Shown piece after piece: positions 32,514 through 42,807 of a stretch of 64,000 nt of DNA. The notes under the pieces were generated by a model, which was not told where the DNA came from, did not search any database, and saw nothing but the letters and a program-made list of their open reading frames with translations. The position numbers were made by a program, and so were the translations under genes. Positions within the stretch are counted from its first letter, which is position 1. Every line of letters begins with the position of its first letter. Origin of the DNA: an uncultured cyanobacterium. Lineage in GTDB: Bacteria > Cyanobacteriota > Cyanobacteriia > Cyanobacteriales > Cyanobacteriaceae. The stretch is from contig CAVQBA010000004.1 of the NCBI GenBank assembly GCA_963710605.1, forward strand, positions 1,088,001-1,152,000. Reading direction: 5' to 3'.

Positions 32514-34562
32514 ATGTTGAAATTAATTAAAGGTAAATTTTGGCAAAAATTAATTTCTCTTCCTTTAGGATTATTTATCACCACATCAGCAATGGCAGTA
32601 ACACCTCCTCGTAACGTAGAAATAACAGAAGAATGTGAAATATTAGTCGTCGGTGCAGGATTAGCAGGGGCGGCAACAGCATACGAAGCCTTACTAATGG
32701 GTAAAATTGTTTGTATGACAGACGTTACCGATTGGGTGGGCGGACAAATTTCTTCACAAGGTACATCAGCACTAGATGAACGATCGACACAACGAAGTGA
32801 ATTATTTTTTCCTCGTGGTTATTTAGAATTAAGAGATAGATTAGAAAAATTTTATGGTGAATTAAACCCTGGGCAATGTTGGGTAAGTGCTTCTTGTTTT
32901 TTACCTAAAGATGCTCACACAGTTTTGTACACACAATTAAAAGATGCCGCTAAAAAAGGTAAAGGTAAATTGAAATGGTATCCTAATACCGTAATCAAAG
33001 ATGTCAATATCCAAACTGTTACCGATGCAGGCACAGGGCAACAAATCGTAGAGGCGATCGCTATTCGACATCAAGCTCAACCCAATACCCCTGCTTTAAA
33101 TACCGAGCCATTATCACAAATAATTGAAGACGCTTATACCTACGCTGATTCTTCAAGGTTACAGAAAAAAATAATTAAATTTGCTCCTGTTAAAAAACAA
33201 TCAAAAGAAAAAGCAAAAACAGATTGGATAGTAGTAGAAGCCACAGAAACAGGCGAATTAATAGGTTTAACTGATATACCTTACAACTTAGGAATCGATC
33301 CTTTATCAGAATTAGAGCCGTCATCTTCAAGTAAAAATGGTAATCCTTATTGTACCCAAGGATTTACTTATACCTTTGCAATGGAGCAAACTGACAAACC
33401 TCAACCACAACCTGAGCCTAGTTTTTACAAGCAACATGAGCCATACTATAGTTACGAATTAGAAAGATTAGCCAATTTTGATTTGGTTTATACCTATCGT
33501 CGTATTTGGAAAGCCGAAGATAGTGAAAAAGAAAAATTCAGAGGGATTGAATTTAGTAAGCCTACTACAGGTGATATCTCCATGCAAAATTGGACATGGG
33601 GAAATGATTACCGCCCTGGTACATCTAAAGATAATTTCATTTATACCAGAAAACAATTAGAACAATCAGGACAATTAAAAACCCACGGCTGGAAAGGCGG
33701 TTTGCGTACTCAAACTTTATTTAAAGGAGAACAACACGCTCTAGGTTATTATCATTGGTTAGTAGCGGGTACAACAGATTCTCAACTAGGTGACGGAGTT
33801 AAAAAACCTCATCCTAACCAAATTTTATTAAAAGGTTTAGATTCACCTATGGGTACAATGCACGGTTTATCTAAATATCCTTATATTCGAGAAGGTAGAA
33901 GAATTATTGGCAGACCAAATTACGCTTACCCCGATGGTTTTATGGTCAACGAAATTGATATTTCTCGGATTAATTATCGAGATGATTATTATCGTCAAAC
34001 ACTCTCTGCTGATCAATATCGTCGCTTACAGGGTTTATTAGCAGGTTTAGAAGGAATTGCTGTCATTGCAGGTCAAGTTGAGCCAGATAGAGCTGTTAAA
34101 CGTAGTCGATCGACTATTTATGCTGACTCGGTTGGGATCGGACATTATGCGATCGATTTTCATCCTTGTATGGTAGAAAGTCCACCTGAAAAAGCAGGCA
34201 ACAAAGAATTTCCCGGAGAAAGAAGAGGGCAAGGACAAGCATATCCATTTCAGATACCTTTATCTGCTCTCATTCCTCAGAAAATAGACAACATGATGGT
34301 TGTCGGTAAAAGTATTGCCACTAGTCATATCGCTTCGGCGGCTTATAGGGTACATTCTTTTGAATGGTCATCTGGTGCGGCAGTGGGTACAACAGCATCT
34401 TTTGTTCTCAACAAAGGTATGTTACCTTATGAATTGACTCAAGGGTTTGCTTTTAGAAATAAACCCCTACAAGAGTTAAAGCAGATATTAGATAGTAATA
34501 ATAATCCCACCAAATTTCCTAATACCTCTATTTTTAATGAGGATTGGGATGATTGGCGATAA
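32514..34562 (+). CDS. Secreted FAD-dependent oxidoreductase
   Basis: VVGAGLAG, WVGGQISSQG, YIREGRR, SHIASAAYRV. Confidence 0.85.
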   Translation: MLKLIKGKFWQKLISLPLGLFITTSAMAVTPPRNVEITEECEILVVGAGLAGAATAYEALLMGKIVCMTDVTDWVGGQISSQGTSALDERSTQRSELFFPRGYLELRDRLEKFYGELNPGQCWVSASCFLPKDAHTVLYTQLKDAAKKGKGKLKWYPNTVIKDVNIQTVTDAGTGQQIVEAIAIRHQAQPNTPALNTEPLSQIIEDAYTYADSSRLQKKIIKFAPVKKQSKEKAKTDWIVVEATETGELIGLTDIPYNLGIDPLSELEPSSSSKNGNPYCTQGFTYTFAMEQTDKPQPQPEPSFYKQHEPYYSYELERLANFDLVYTYRRIWKAEDSEKEKFRGIEFSKPTTGDISMQNWTWGNDYRPGTSKDNFIYTRKQLEQSGQLKTHGWKGGLRTQTLFKGEQHALGYYHWLVAGTTDSQLGDGVKKPHPNQILLKGLDSPMGTMHGLSKYPYIREGRRIIGRPNYAYPDGFMVNEIDISRINYRDDYYRQTLSADQYRRLQGLLAGLEGIAVIAGQVEPDRAVKRSRSTIYADSVGIGHYAIDFHPCMVESPPEKAGNKEFPGERRGQGQAYPFQIPLSALIPQKIDNMMVVGKSIATSHIASAAYRVHSFEWSSGAAVGTTASFVLNKGMLPYELTQGFAFRNKPLQELKQILDSNNNPTKFPNTSIFNEDWDDWR

Positions 34563-34617
34563 ATAGTTGATAGCGGTTAGAAGCCGCAACGACTATAAGT
34601 CGCAAAGCAGGGGGACT

Positions 34618-34780
34618 TATAGTCATTTCAGTTAAGATTGAGACAGTATTAATAATTGTAAAACTGTGAGTCTTAAACCCACCTTGGGTATGAATTGACA
34701 AGGCTAACAGAATCCGTTTAATAAATTAAACTTTAATTTACTAGCATCGAATTGTCTCATTTTTATTTGAAATAACTATA
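34618..34780 (+). mobile_element. ~163-bp MITE with TATAGT(C/T)ATTTCA inverted ends
   Basis: tatagtcatttca...tgaaataactata; related copies near 8590, 34862-34917, 44323, 55657 and 61830-61991. Confidence 0.75.
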
Positions 34781-34955
34781 CTTAAAATAACTGTTACAAA
34801 TTTAGTTTAAATTATTATTAATAACGAGCTATATCGATTTTTTTAATCAATAAAATACCAAAGTTCATGATAATGAACGGATTCTATTAGCCTTGCACGA
34901 TAGTTCAAGGCGGGTTATTACTCCCTACTCCTTATTCCTTACTCATTACTCATTA

Positions 34956-35276
34956 TCATCGATCGTCTCCGTCTCCTTTAATAGTATTATTGGCTTTTCT
35001 ATTTTGTAGCTTATTAATGTTATCAGCCATTACTTGTGCCGGATCTAAACCTAACTCATCACATAGCCTTACCCAATACCATGCAACATCGCCAAGTTCT
35101 TTGCCTAGCTTATCTTTTGCAGTTTCAACATCAAAATCTTGACGAATATATTTTTTTACAACTCCACTAACTTCTCCTGCTTCACTGGCTAAACCGAGAG
35201 TAAGATATTCTAAAAATGTATCTTTGGGGTAAATAGCGGTGGTTCGGGTTAACTCTAAATACTGTTGAATATCCAT
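34956..35276 (-). CDS. MazG-like nucleoside triphosphate pyrophosphohydrolase
   Basis: LGLASEAGEV, KELGDVAWY, NINKLQNR..GDGDDR. Confidence 0.88.
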   Translation of the reverse strand: MDIQQYLELTRTTAIYPKDTFLEYLTLGLASEAGEVSGVVKKYIRQDFDVETAKDKLGKELGDVAWYWVRLCDELGLDPAQVMADNINKLQNRKANNTIKGDGDDR

Positions 35277-35452
35277 ATAATAATTAAAAACTGACAATTG
35301 ATAATTATACCAAAAGCTTTAGCTTCAAATCCATAACTACTTTATTCATAAATTATCTACCTTAAAACAAGATTAAGGAAAATTATTTTACCTAACAAAA
35401 CAAGGTTTAAAAAGTTTATTAATTATTTTTAAATATGAGTAAGTAAACTTAG

Positions 35453-36268
35453 TCATTTTTCAGTTATTAAATAATATTTATTACCAGACTTGTGATAAGA
35501 AATACGATAAATTTCAGGTGAAAATTTAATTGTACTTGTTGCTCTAGATGAAGAAACTTTGACATTTAAAGTACCTAGAGAATCAACACCCATTAAAATA
35601 CCTTTGTTTTCTGAAAATAAAACTGACTGACCACAATTGTAAAGTAAGTTATTATAAGTTTTGACGATCGATTCTATTTCGTTTTGACAATAATTATCAT
35701 AACTTTTTATTAATCCTAAAACAATGATTTTAGCTAGTTTTTCTAGATTATCAATTGGGTTTGTTTTTTGTTGGTTTATCCAATAATTCAAATTAACCCC
35801 AGACGAATTGACATCATTTTGATAATTGATACCAACACCAAAGACAACTTTTTTTATTCTTTGATGAGATATTTTCGTTTCGCACAAAATACCGCCAAGT
35901 TTTTTTTCCGCTAAAATTAAATCGTTTAACCATTTAATCTTCACAGGAATATTAAATTTTTGTAATTGCGAAATAATACCCACTGCACTTAATAAGGTGA
36001 GATGATGAAGATTTTGAACAGGTAAATCAGTGTTTAAATATAAACTTAAATACAATCCTCCTACCCCAGATTCCCATCGGTTTCCTCTTTGCCCTTTTCC
36101 TGCGGTTTGTCGTTTGGCTATTACAAAAAAAGGAGTGTTTATTTTTTGGTTGGTGTTTAAGTGCCATGCTTGATCATTCGTCGAAGTGAGGGTATCGTAA
36201 ATATAACCATCGATCGTATTTAAGGGTAAATATTTAGGTAAATTAAAAGTTAGTTTATTCATGATCAC
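35453..36268 (-). CDS. birA: Biotin-[acetyl-CoA-carboxylase] ligase
   Basis: STND, QTAGKGQRGNRW, IKWLNDL, KLGGILCE. Confidence 0.9.
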   Translation of the reverse strand: MIMNKLTFNLPKYLPLNTIDGYIYDTLTSTNDQAWHLNTNQKINTPFFVIAKRQTAGKGQRGNRWESGVGGLYLSLYLNTDLPVQNLHHLTLLSAVGIISQLQKFNIPVKIKWLNDLILAEKKLGGILCETKISHQRIKKVVFGVGINYQNDVNSSGVNLNYWINQQKTNPIDNLEKLAKIIVLGLIKSYDNYCQNEIESIVKTYNNLLYNCGQSVLFSENKGILMGVDSLGTLNVKVSSSRATSTIKFSPEIYRISYHKSGNKYYLITEK

Positions 36269-36293
36269 ATCATGATTATATTTTATTTTTGAG

Positions 36294-36749
36294 ATGAAAC
36301 AAGAGCCAGAAAATTTAATTGATGTCGATAAAGTTAATCAAACGCCAATGAAAATTAAGTTAATTTATCTTAGTTTATTAGCTTTGGGCATTAAACTAGA
36401 ATCTACCTTTATTCCAACTACCAAATCAGAATTAGATTTAGTGATTGAATATGTAGTAGAGGTTGCTCAAAATAAAGAAGAGCGTATTAGAAGGGCTTGT
36501 TCATTATTAGAACAAATTGATAATTCTGATGATGTGAATTATTATTATGGTATCGTCAAAGATTATTTAGAAAAGTTTTCTGACTTATGTCGCTCGCCTG
36601 ATCAAACTTTAACTAATAACATCGACTTGTCTGTTAATATCCCTCCAGAACAAGAGTTTTCGATCGCAATCAAAACCTTGACAGATTTACTCTTTTATAG
36701 TACCCAATCAGGTAAAAACTACCTTAAGCAACATTTGCAATGTCTGTGA
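36294..36749 (+). CDS. Hypothetical protein (DUF3038-like)
   Basis: C-terminal LTDLLFYS motif. Confidence 0.5.
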   Translation: MKQEPENLIDVDKVNQTPMKIKLIYLSLLALGIKLESTFIPTTKSELDLVIEYVVEVAQNKEERIRRACSLLEQIDNSDDVNYYYGIVKDYLEKFSDLCRSPDQTLTNNIDLSVNIPPEQEFSIAIKTLTDLLFYSTQSGKNYLKQHLQCL

Positions 36750-36754
36750 AACAA

Positions 36755-37288
36755 TTATTTAATCACTTGTACAGCATCTTGTCCATCGATCGATTCTAGA
36801 TAAACCTTAACTTGCTCATCTTTTGCCGTAGGTAGAGTTTTACCGATGAAATCAGGATGAATAGGTAATTGACGATGTCCTCGATCGACTAAAACTAATA
36901 AATTAATCATTTCTGGTCTGCCATAGTCTGTAACGGCATTCAAAGCGGCTCTGATGGTTCTACCACTATAAACCACATCATCTACTAAAATAACAATTTT
37001 ATCGGTTAAATCAACGGGTATAGAGGACTTCTGAGGCGTTCTAGTTTTGATTTGATCTAAATCATCTCGATAAAAAGTAATATCGATCGCCCCGACAGGT
37101 ATTTTTACTTGCTCGATTAATTCAATTTGTTGAGCTAGATAATGAGCTAAAGGTACACCTCTAGTATAAATTCCTAATAAGACAACCTTAGATAAATCAG
37201 CTGCCCTTTCGACAACTTGAGACGCTAAGCGATTTAATGTTCGACGTATTTCTTCTGCTGATAATATTTCGATAATTTGACTGGACAT
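36755..37288 (-). CDS. pyrR: Pyrimidine regulatory protein / uracil phosphoribosyltransferase
   Basis: [27 protein letters not shown]. Confidence 0.95.
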   Translation of the reverse strand: MSSQIIEILSAEEIRRTLNRLASQVVERAADLSKVVLLGIYTRGVPLAHYLAQQIELIEQVKIPVGAIDITFYRDDLDQIKTRTPQKSSIPVDLTDKIVILVDDVVYSGRTIRAALNAVTDYGRPEMINLLVLVDRGHRQLPIHPDFIGKTLPTAKDEQVKVYLESIDGQDAVQVIK

Positions 37289-37508
37289 TTTTTAATCAAT
37301 CACTTATTAAAAAGATATTTCTGGTCAACAAAGGGCAAAGGGGGAGATTCGGGGCTTTAAACCCTTGATTTTTTGGGAAAAATTACATCGAGATAAAAAA
37401 TTTATTCTGATATCCAATTAATTTTGTTTACCTACTTATAATTAACTTGAAGAAAAAAGAACAAACTTTTAGAGTCAGATAAATTCTCTTTTCTTCATTC
37501 AAAAATAA

Positions 37509-38270
37509 TTATTTGTTATCAACCAATTCGTCTGAATCAGTCTCATTTACAGCGACTAAAACCACAGTAATATTATCCGAACCACCATTATCTTTAGCAG
37601 TTTGTACTAAACTAACAGCCGTTTTATCTAAGTCTTCTTTTTCTTGAAACTTTTGCGTAATTACTTTATCAGTGACTTCTTCGGTTAAACCATCACTACA
37701 AAGCAAAAAGTAATCTCCTGACTTGATATCATCAATAGTTTCAATCTCCATTCCCTCAAACAAATCTCTACGCCCTAAACACTGTGACAAGACGTGTCGG
37801 AAAGGATGATGTTTTGCATCTTCTGGATTAATTTCTCCTGCTTTTATCGCTTGAGAAATCCAAGTATGATCTGCGGTAACTTGCTCTAAATTACCATCAT
37901 AATAACGATAAAGACGAGAGTCACCCACATGAGCACGCCAAGTTTGTTTCTCACGAAAAATAACGACAACTAATGTTGTCCCCATATCTTTCCTTTCAGG
38001 ATGAAGTTGTTGATCTTCTAGAATACCTTCATTAGCTTGATAAATAGCTTTTTCGAGTAAATCATAAGACGAAGTAGGAGCAGTCCAATTTTCTTCAAGA
38101 TAATCTTTTACCACTTCAGTGGCGATTTTACTTGCTTCTTCTCCACCAGCATGACCACCCATACCATCAGCTAGAATAAAAAAGCGACAATCAGGATCTA
38201 TATAGTGATTGTCTTGATTATAAGGTCTAACTAATCCGGGATCTGTTAAACCTGCAGATGCACATTTCAT
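37509..38270 (-). CDS. PP2C-family Ser/Thr phosphatase (PphA-like)
   Basis: ADGMGGH, HVGDSR, CSDGL, GGSDNIT. Confidence 0.92.
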   Translation of the reverse strand: MKCASAGLTDPGLVRPYNQDNHYIDPDCRFFILADGMGGHAGGEEASKIATEVVKDYLEENWTAPTSSYDLLEKAIYQANEGILEDQQLHPERKDMGTTLVVVIFREKQTWRAHVGDSRLYRYYDGNLEQVTADHTWISQAIKAGEINPEDAKHHPFRHVLSQCLGRRDLFEGMEIETIDDIKSGDYFLLCSDGLTEEVTDKVITQKFQEKEDLDKTAVSLVQTAKDNGGSDNITVVLVAVNETDSDELVDNK

Positions 38271-38302
38271 AAAATCAATCTAAATTTATTAATAGTGGTG
38301 AA

Positions 38303-40066
38303 TTAGAGTTTACGATCTAATTTGTCTAATTTTCGTAACAAACGGAATAGAGAAAAAGCAGGTAACATACTTATTACGAAAACACCAATGGCTAATTCCC
38401 ATAATCCATTAACAACTAGTATAGTACCAGATAAAATCAATGCACCAACAAATAAACTATAGTTTGTTGCCATTTGCATACCCACAATTTTACGTAAAAG
38501 ACGTTCAGATTCTAGTGAACGAACTCGTAAACGAATATCTCCTCTATCTATTTTGTCTATTGTATCTTCTAGACGTTTAGGTAAACTTAACGCACTACTA
38601 CTAACTTTAACTGCTTGACGACTGATTTCGTCTAAGAAAGATTGACCGCCACCGTTTTTAGTATAATCATTCATAACTTCTAGGGCATAGGGTTGAGCTA
38701 CTTGCATAAAATTAAATTCTGGATCTAAACCTTTGCCGACTCCTTCTAGGGTAGAAAATGCACGCATAACAAAAGTAAACGTAGCAGGAAAACGGAAAGG
38801 TTGATCGTAGGCAATTTCAAATAAATCTTCACTTATTTTATTAATTGATTGGTCTTCAAATGGTTTATCCATGAAATTGTCTAACATGAATTGAACCGAT
38901 CGTCTAACAGGGCCGGGGTCGTCAGTTATTTTGAGAGCTTCTAAATCAACTAAAGCATCCACAACTCGATCGGCGTTTTTTTCAGTAATCCCAAATAACA
39001 TTTCCATCAATTTTTCTTTGACGTTACTTTTTAATTGCCCCATCATGCCAAAATCATAAAAAATTAAAGCTCCATCAGCGGCAACGGCTAAATTACCCGG
39101 ATGTGGATCGGCATGAAAAAATCCGTCGTTAAGTAATTGTTGTAAATATGCTTTTGCACCTAGACGAGCTAAGACTTTACGTTCTAAACCAGCTACTTCG
39201 ATCGCTTCATAGTTACTAATCTTAATTCCGGGCATATATTCTAAGGTTAACACCGAAGGAGAGCTATAACGCCAGTAAATTTTAGGTACTTTAACCCATT
39301 CAGCAGAGCGAAAATTACGACGAAAAATATCGGCGTTACGTCCTTCATTAAGATAATCTGTTTCTTCCCAGAGGATACGACTACATTCATCATAAATACC
39401 CAACCAATCTTTCCCTTTTCCCCATTCAGGGTGACGTTGAAAATAACGGGTAATTTGTTTTAGTATTCCTAAATCGATCGTAAAAAGTTGTGGTAAACCC
39501 GGACGTTGAATTTTGACGACAACTTCTTCTCCTGATTTTAACTGTGCTCTATGTACTTGACCTAAACTAGCCGCGGCAATGGGTGTAGGATCAAAAGTTA
39601 GGAATAGTTGTTCTAAGGATTTGCCAAAATCTTTTTCAATAATCGCCGCTCCTCTTTCAAAACTAAACGCTGGTACTCTATCTTGTAATTTGGATAACTC
39701 TTCAACGTATTCGATCGGAAATAAATCGGCACGAGTTGAAAAAAGTTGCCCAACTTTGATGAAAGTAGGACCTAGTTCGAGTAAATTTTCTCTAATCCAT
39801 TGAGCTTGTAAACGACGACGGATTATTCTTTTTTCTTCGGTATAACCATTGAAATAAGTCCATTTTTTGCCATTACGCCAAAGTTTGAATAAAAGAGTAA
39901 AAACAAAAACCCAAATATCAATTCTTCGTCGTAAACCAGAATAATGACCTCGATTCCAACGATAGCTATTTTTTCCAGCTCTAGGTTTAGTTGTCATTAC
40001 CTTAGGTGTTGGAAAATTAGGTTCGGATTCAGGATAGTTGTTAGAGTTAGGGTATGCTGTTGACAC
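38303..40066 (-). CDS. ABC1/UbiB-family atypical kinase
   Basis: LGPTFIKVGQ, AAASLGQVH, FFHADPHPGN, DFGM. Confidence 0.93.
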   Translation of the reverse strand: MSTAYPNSNNYPESEPNFPTPKVMTTKPRAGKNSYRWNRGHYSGLRRRIDIWVFVFTLLFKLWRNGKKWTYFNGYTEEKRIIRRRLQAQWIRENLLELGPTFIKVGQLFSTRADLFPIEYVEELSKLQDRVPAFSFERGAAIIEKDFGKSLEQLFLTFDPTPIAAASLGQVHRAQLKSGEEVVVKIQRPGLPQLFTIDLGILKQITRYFQRHPEWGKGKDWLGIYDECSRILWEETDYLNEGRNADIFRRNFRSAEWVKVPKIYWRYSSPSVLTLEYMPGIKISNYEAIEVAGLERKVLARLGAKAYLQQLLNDGFFHADPHPGNLAVAADGALIFYDFGMMGQLKSNVKEKLMEMLFGITEKNADRVVDALVDLEALKITDDPGPVRRSVQFMLDNFMDKPFEDQSINKISEDLFEIAYDQPFRFPATFTFVMRAFSTLEGVGKGLDPEFNFMQVAQPYALEVMNDYTKNGGGQSFLDEISRQAVKVSSSALSLPKRLEDTIDKIDRGDIRLRVRSLESERLLRKIVGMQMATNYSLFVGALILSGTILVVNGLWELAIGVFVISMLPAFSLFRLLRKLDKLDRKL

Positions 40067-40141
40067 GGAGAAAATATCTTATATATTTTATTAAAAGATT
40101 GATTAAGGTTTTATAAAAAGAGATTAATAATCAAATAGGAA

Positions 40142-40462
40142 TTAATTATTTTGTCGATAACTGGTTAGTTCTGCTTTTAAACGAGCAATCTCGTGTCTTA
40201 ACTCGTCTAATGACTCTTGAGGGTCAATTATTACGTTTGTTTTGACAAGTGCTGAACTCGTATTGGTAGTTGTTGATTGTTCTTTACTCATTTGAGCTCT
40301 TAATTTCACTTCTTGAGTAAATTCTTGTAGTCGTTGCTTTGTTTCTGCATCAAATTTACCAATGTCACTTAGTAAATTAGTTAAATTATCTTCTAGTTTT
40401 TCACCAACTACTTCAGCTAGTGCCTTACTAATAAAGAATGCTTCATTGATAGGATTACTCAT
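40142..40462 (-). CDS. Conserved cyanobacterial hypothetical protein upstream of the ABC1 kinase
   Basis: AFFISKALAE...DIGKFDAE; C-terminal coiled coil. Confidence 0.7.
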   Translation of the reverse strand: MSNPINEAFFISKALAEVVGEKLEDNLTNLLSDIGKFDAETKQRLQEFTQEVKLRAQMSKEQSTTTNTSSALVKTNVIIDPQESLDELRHEIARLKAELTSYRQNN

Positions 40463-41050
40463 TACTGCAATATTTCTTAATGCTTTTGTTACAAATTATA
40501 TCTTGATTTTCAGGCTTTACCTGAACTTCAAATAATATTTATTTGATTAGTTTATCGATATTACTATTGTAGTCCTTACGAGCCAAGACTTTGAGATTTA
40601 AATGAATGTATTACAATTCACAAGGTCAAGGAAATCAGTACTTCAAAAGTTAAATTAAAGATTATTTAAGTGATTTTGTTTTCCTTATTAATTAGATAAT
40701 AACTATTTTATAAAGCTAATTTAATCTATGTAAAAATAAAGCTTTAAAAGTCGAAATTCAATATATACATGGTTATTGAGAATTGAATTGATTATTAACT
40801 ATTAATTATTAACTATTTTAAATATTATTTTTCAACTCAAGTTTTGAAAGTTTAAATCATAGCAACTGAGTCACGAATAGTCACTAAAATTGCTTAATAT
40901 AACTTTAACTTAATTCAGTAAGTAATATTGTTGGCTGAAATTATTTACTTTTGACTATTATTTGTCTTGAAGACGAGTATATTATTGATTGAAAGTTAAT
41001 TAATTATCAGTTTGGATTTATCAAAAATTTTGGGTTTAAAACCCCCTCGT

Positions 41051-41452
41051 TCACGAGGGCTTTCGTTGGTTTTGAATATACTTTTTAAGGGTTTCTAGTG
41101 AAGCACCCCCACAAGAAGATACGAAGTAACTCGGACTCCACAAAGCGGATCTTCCCCTTGGTTTTCTAAAGCCCTGCTGTCCATATCTACGACTGGAAAC
41201 TCCTTTTAATGAATTTACCATCACAGATATTGATAGCTTCGGTGGGTATTCAATCATTACATGGATATGATCGTTTTCCCCATTAAATTCTAATACTTTA
41301 AAATTCATTGATTCTGCTACCTCATTAAACGATTTTTCAATCGCTTTCAAAGATTCACTCGTCAGTATTTTCTCTCTATATTTTGTTACACATACCAAAT
41401 GAGTATAAAGGCTTGAAACACTATTTCTTTCTCTCCTTAATTTACTGTACAT
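41051..41452 (-). CDS. tnpA: IS200/IS605 Y1 (HUH) transposase
   Basis: HLVCVTKYR, DHIH, LWSPSYF, YIQNQ. Confidence 0.95.
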   Translation of the reverse strand: MYSKLRRERNSVSSLYTHLVCVTKYREKILTSESLKAIEKSFNEVAESMNFKVLEFNGENDHIHVMIEYPPKLSISVMVNSLKGVSSRRYGQQGFRKPRGRSALWSPSYFVSSCGGASLETLKKYIQNQRKPS

Positions 41453-41502
41453 TTTACATACCTATTGAGTATAATTAATACAGACCAATTTAATTTTAAC
41501 AT

Positions 41503-42717
41503 GTGAAACAGCGGTATAAATATAGAATTTATCCTACAGATACACAAAAGCAATTGTTAGCTCAACTATTTGGCTGTTGTAGAGTTGTCTTCAATGACGC
41601 TGTAGCTCTTTGTCAACAGAGATATAAACAAGGTGAGAAGAAGCCAAATAATGGAGAATTAAGCAAAAAGTTGATTACTCAAGCAAAGAAGACAGAGAAA
41701 CGAAAATGGTTAAAAAATGTTTCTTCTGTGCCATTGCAACAAAGCCTAAGAGATTTTGAGCAAGCATTTTCAAACTTCTTTAAATCTGTTACAGGTAAGG
41801 TTCAAGGGAAACTAGTTAAACCGCCCAAGTTTAAAAAACGTCATTGCCGACAGACAGCTAAGTTTACAAATAATGCTTTTAAAGTAGGTCAACATAAAGT
41901 TTATCTGGCAAAAATAGGCACAGTGAAGATTGTCTGGTCTAGACAGTTACCAAGTCAACCATCATCGGTGACAGTTATAAAAGATAGTGCTGATAGATAT
42001 TTCCTTTCTTTTGTTGTCGAAACTTTTCCTGAAAAATTGCCAGATAATGGTAAATCAGTGGGGATCGATTTAGGGATTGAAACCTTTGCAACTATGAGTA
42101 ATGGGGAAAAAGTTAAATCTCCTAAGCCATTAAAGAAAAGACTCAAAAAATTAAGAAGATGTCAACGTAACTTGGCTCGTAAGCCTCAAGGTAGTAATCG
42201 CCGTTACAAGGCTAGAAAGAGACTAGCTAAAGTACATGGTTCTATTAAAGACACTCGAACTGATTTTCTCCACAAATTAAGTACTGACATTATTCGTGAG
42301 AACCAAACAATAGTATTAGAGGACTTAAATGTAAGTGGTATGGTGAAGAATCGCAAGTTAGCTAAAGCGATAAGCGATATGGGGTGGAGACAATTCAGAA
42401 CCATGTTAGAAGCAAAAGCCCAAATGTACGGGCGTGATTTTAGAGTAATCGATCGATGGACTCCAACCTCGCAAGTCTGTTCAACTTGTGGCTTCAATGG
42501 AGGCAAAAAAGAGCTTAATGTCAGACAGTGGAAATGTATCAATTGTGGTGCAGTTCACGATCGAGATGTTAATGCAGCAATAAATATAAAAGTCGCTGGT
42601 GGGCAATCAGAGACTGTAAAAAACGGACGTGGAGGAAAGGTAAGACCTTCTCAAAAAAAGGCACATTCCAATGAAGCGTCAACCACCCAACAATATACTC
42701 AACTGAGTTTATTTTAG
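41503..42717 (+). CDS. tnpB: RNA-guided endonuclease TnpB
   Basis: YKYRIYP; RuvC GIDLG / VLEDL / DRDVNAA; CSTCG..CINCG zinc ribbon. Confidence 0.95.
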   Translation: MKQRYKYRIYPTDTQKQLLAQLFGCCRVVFNDAVALCQQRYKQGEKKPNNGELSKKLITQAKKTEKRKWLKNVSSVPLQQSLRDFEQAFSNFFKSVTGKVQGKLVKPPKFKKRHCRQTAKFTNNAFKVGQHKVYLAKIGTVKIVWSRQLPSQPSSVTVIKDSADRYFLSFVVETFPEKLPDNGKSVGIDLGIETFATMSNGEKVKSPKPLKKRLKKLRRCQRNLARKPQGSNRRYKARKRLAKVHGSIKDTRTDFLHKLSTDIIRENQTIVLEDLNVSGMVKNRKLAKAISDMGWRQFRTMLEAKAQMYGRDFRVIDRWTPTSQVCSTCGFNGGKKELNVRQWKCINCGAVHDRDVNAAINIKVAGGQSETVKNGRGGKVRPSQKKAHSNEASTTQQYTQLSLF

Positions 42718-42807
42718 GAATCCTCGTGCGTTCACGCCGAGGAGGATGTCAAGTAATTAAAGTTAGGTTATTATAATAGATTAAACAAAAAAAACGAGGA
42801 AAAAAAA

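Larger units (their letters stand above)
41022..42752 (+). mobile_element. IS200/IS605-family element (divergent tnpA + tnpB)
   Basis: Left subterminal hairpin ccctcgttcacgaggg; right hairpin tcctcg...cgagga followed by GGATGTCAA; preceded by TTTAT. Confidence 0.88.
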
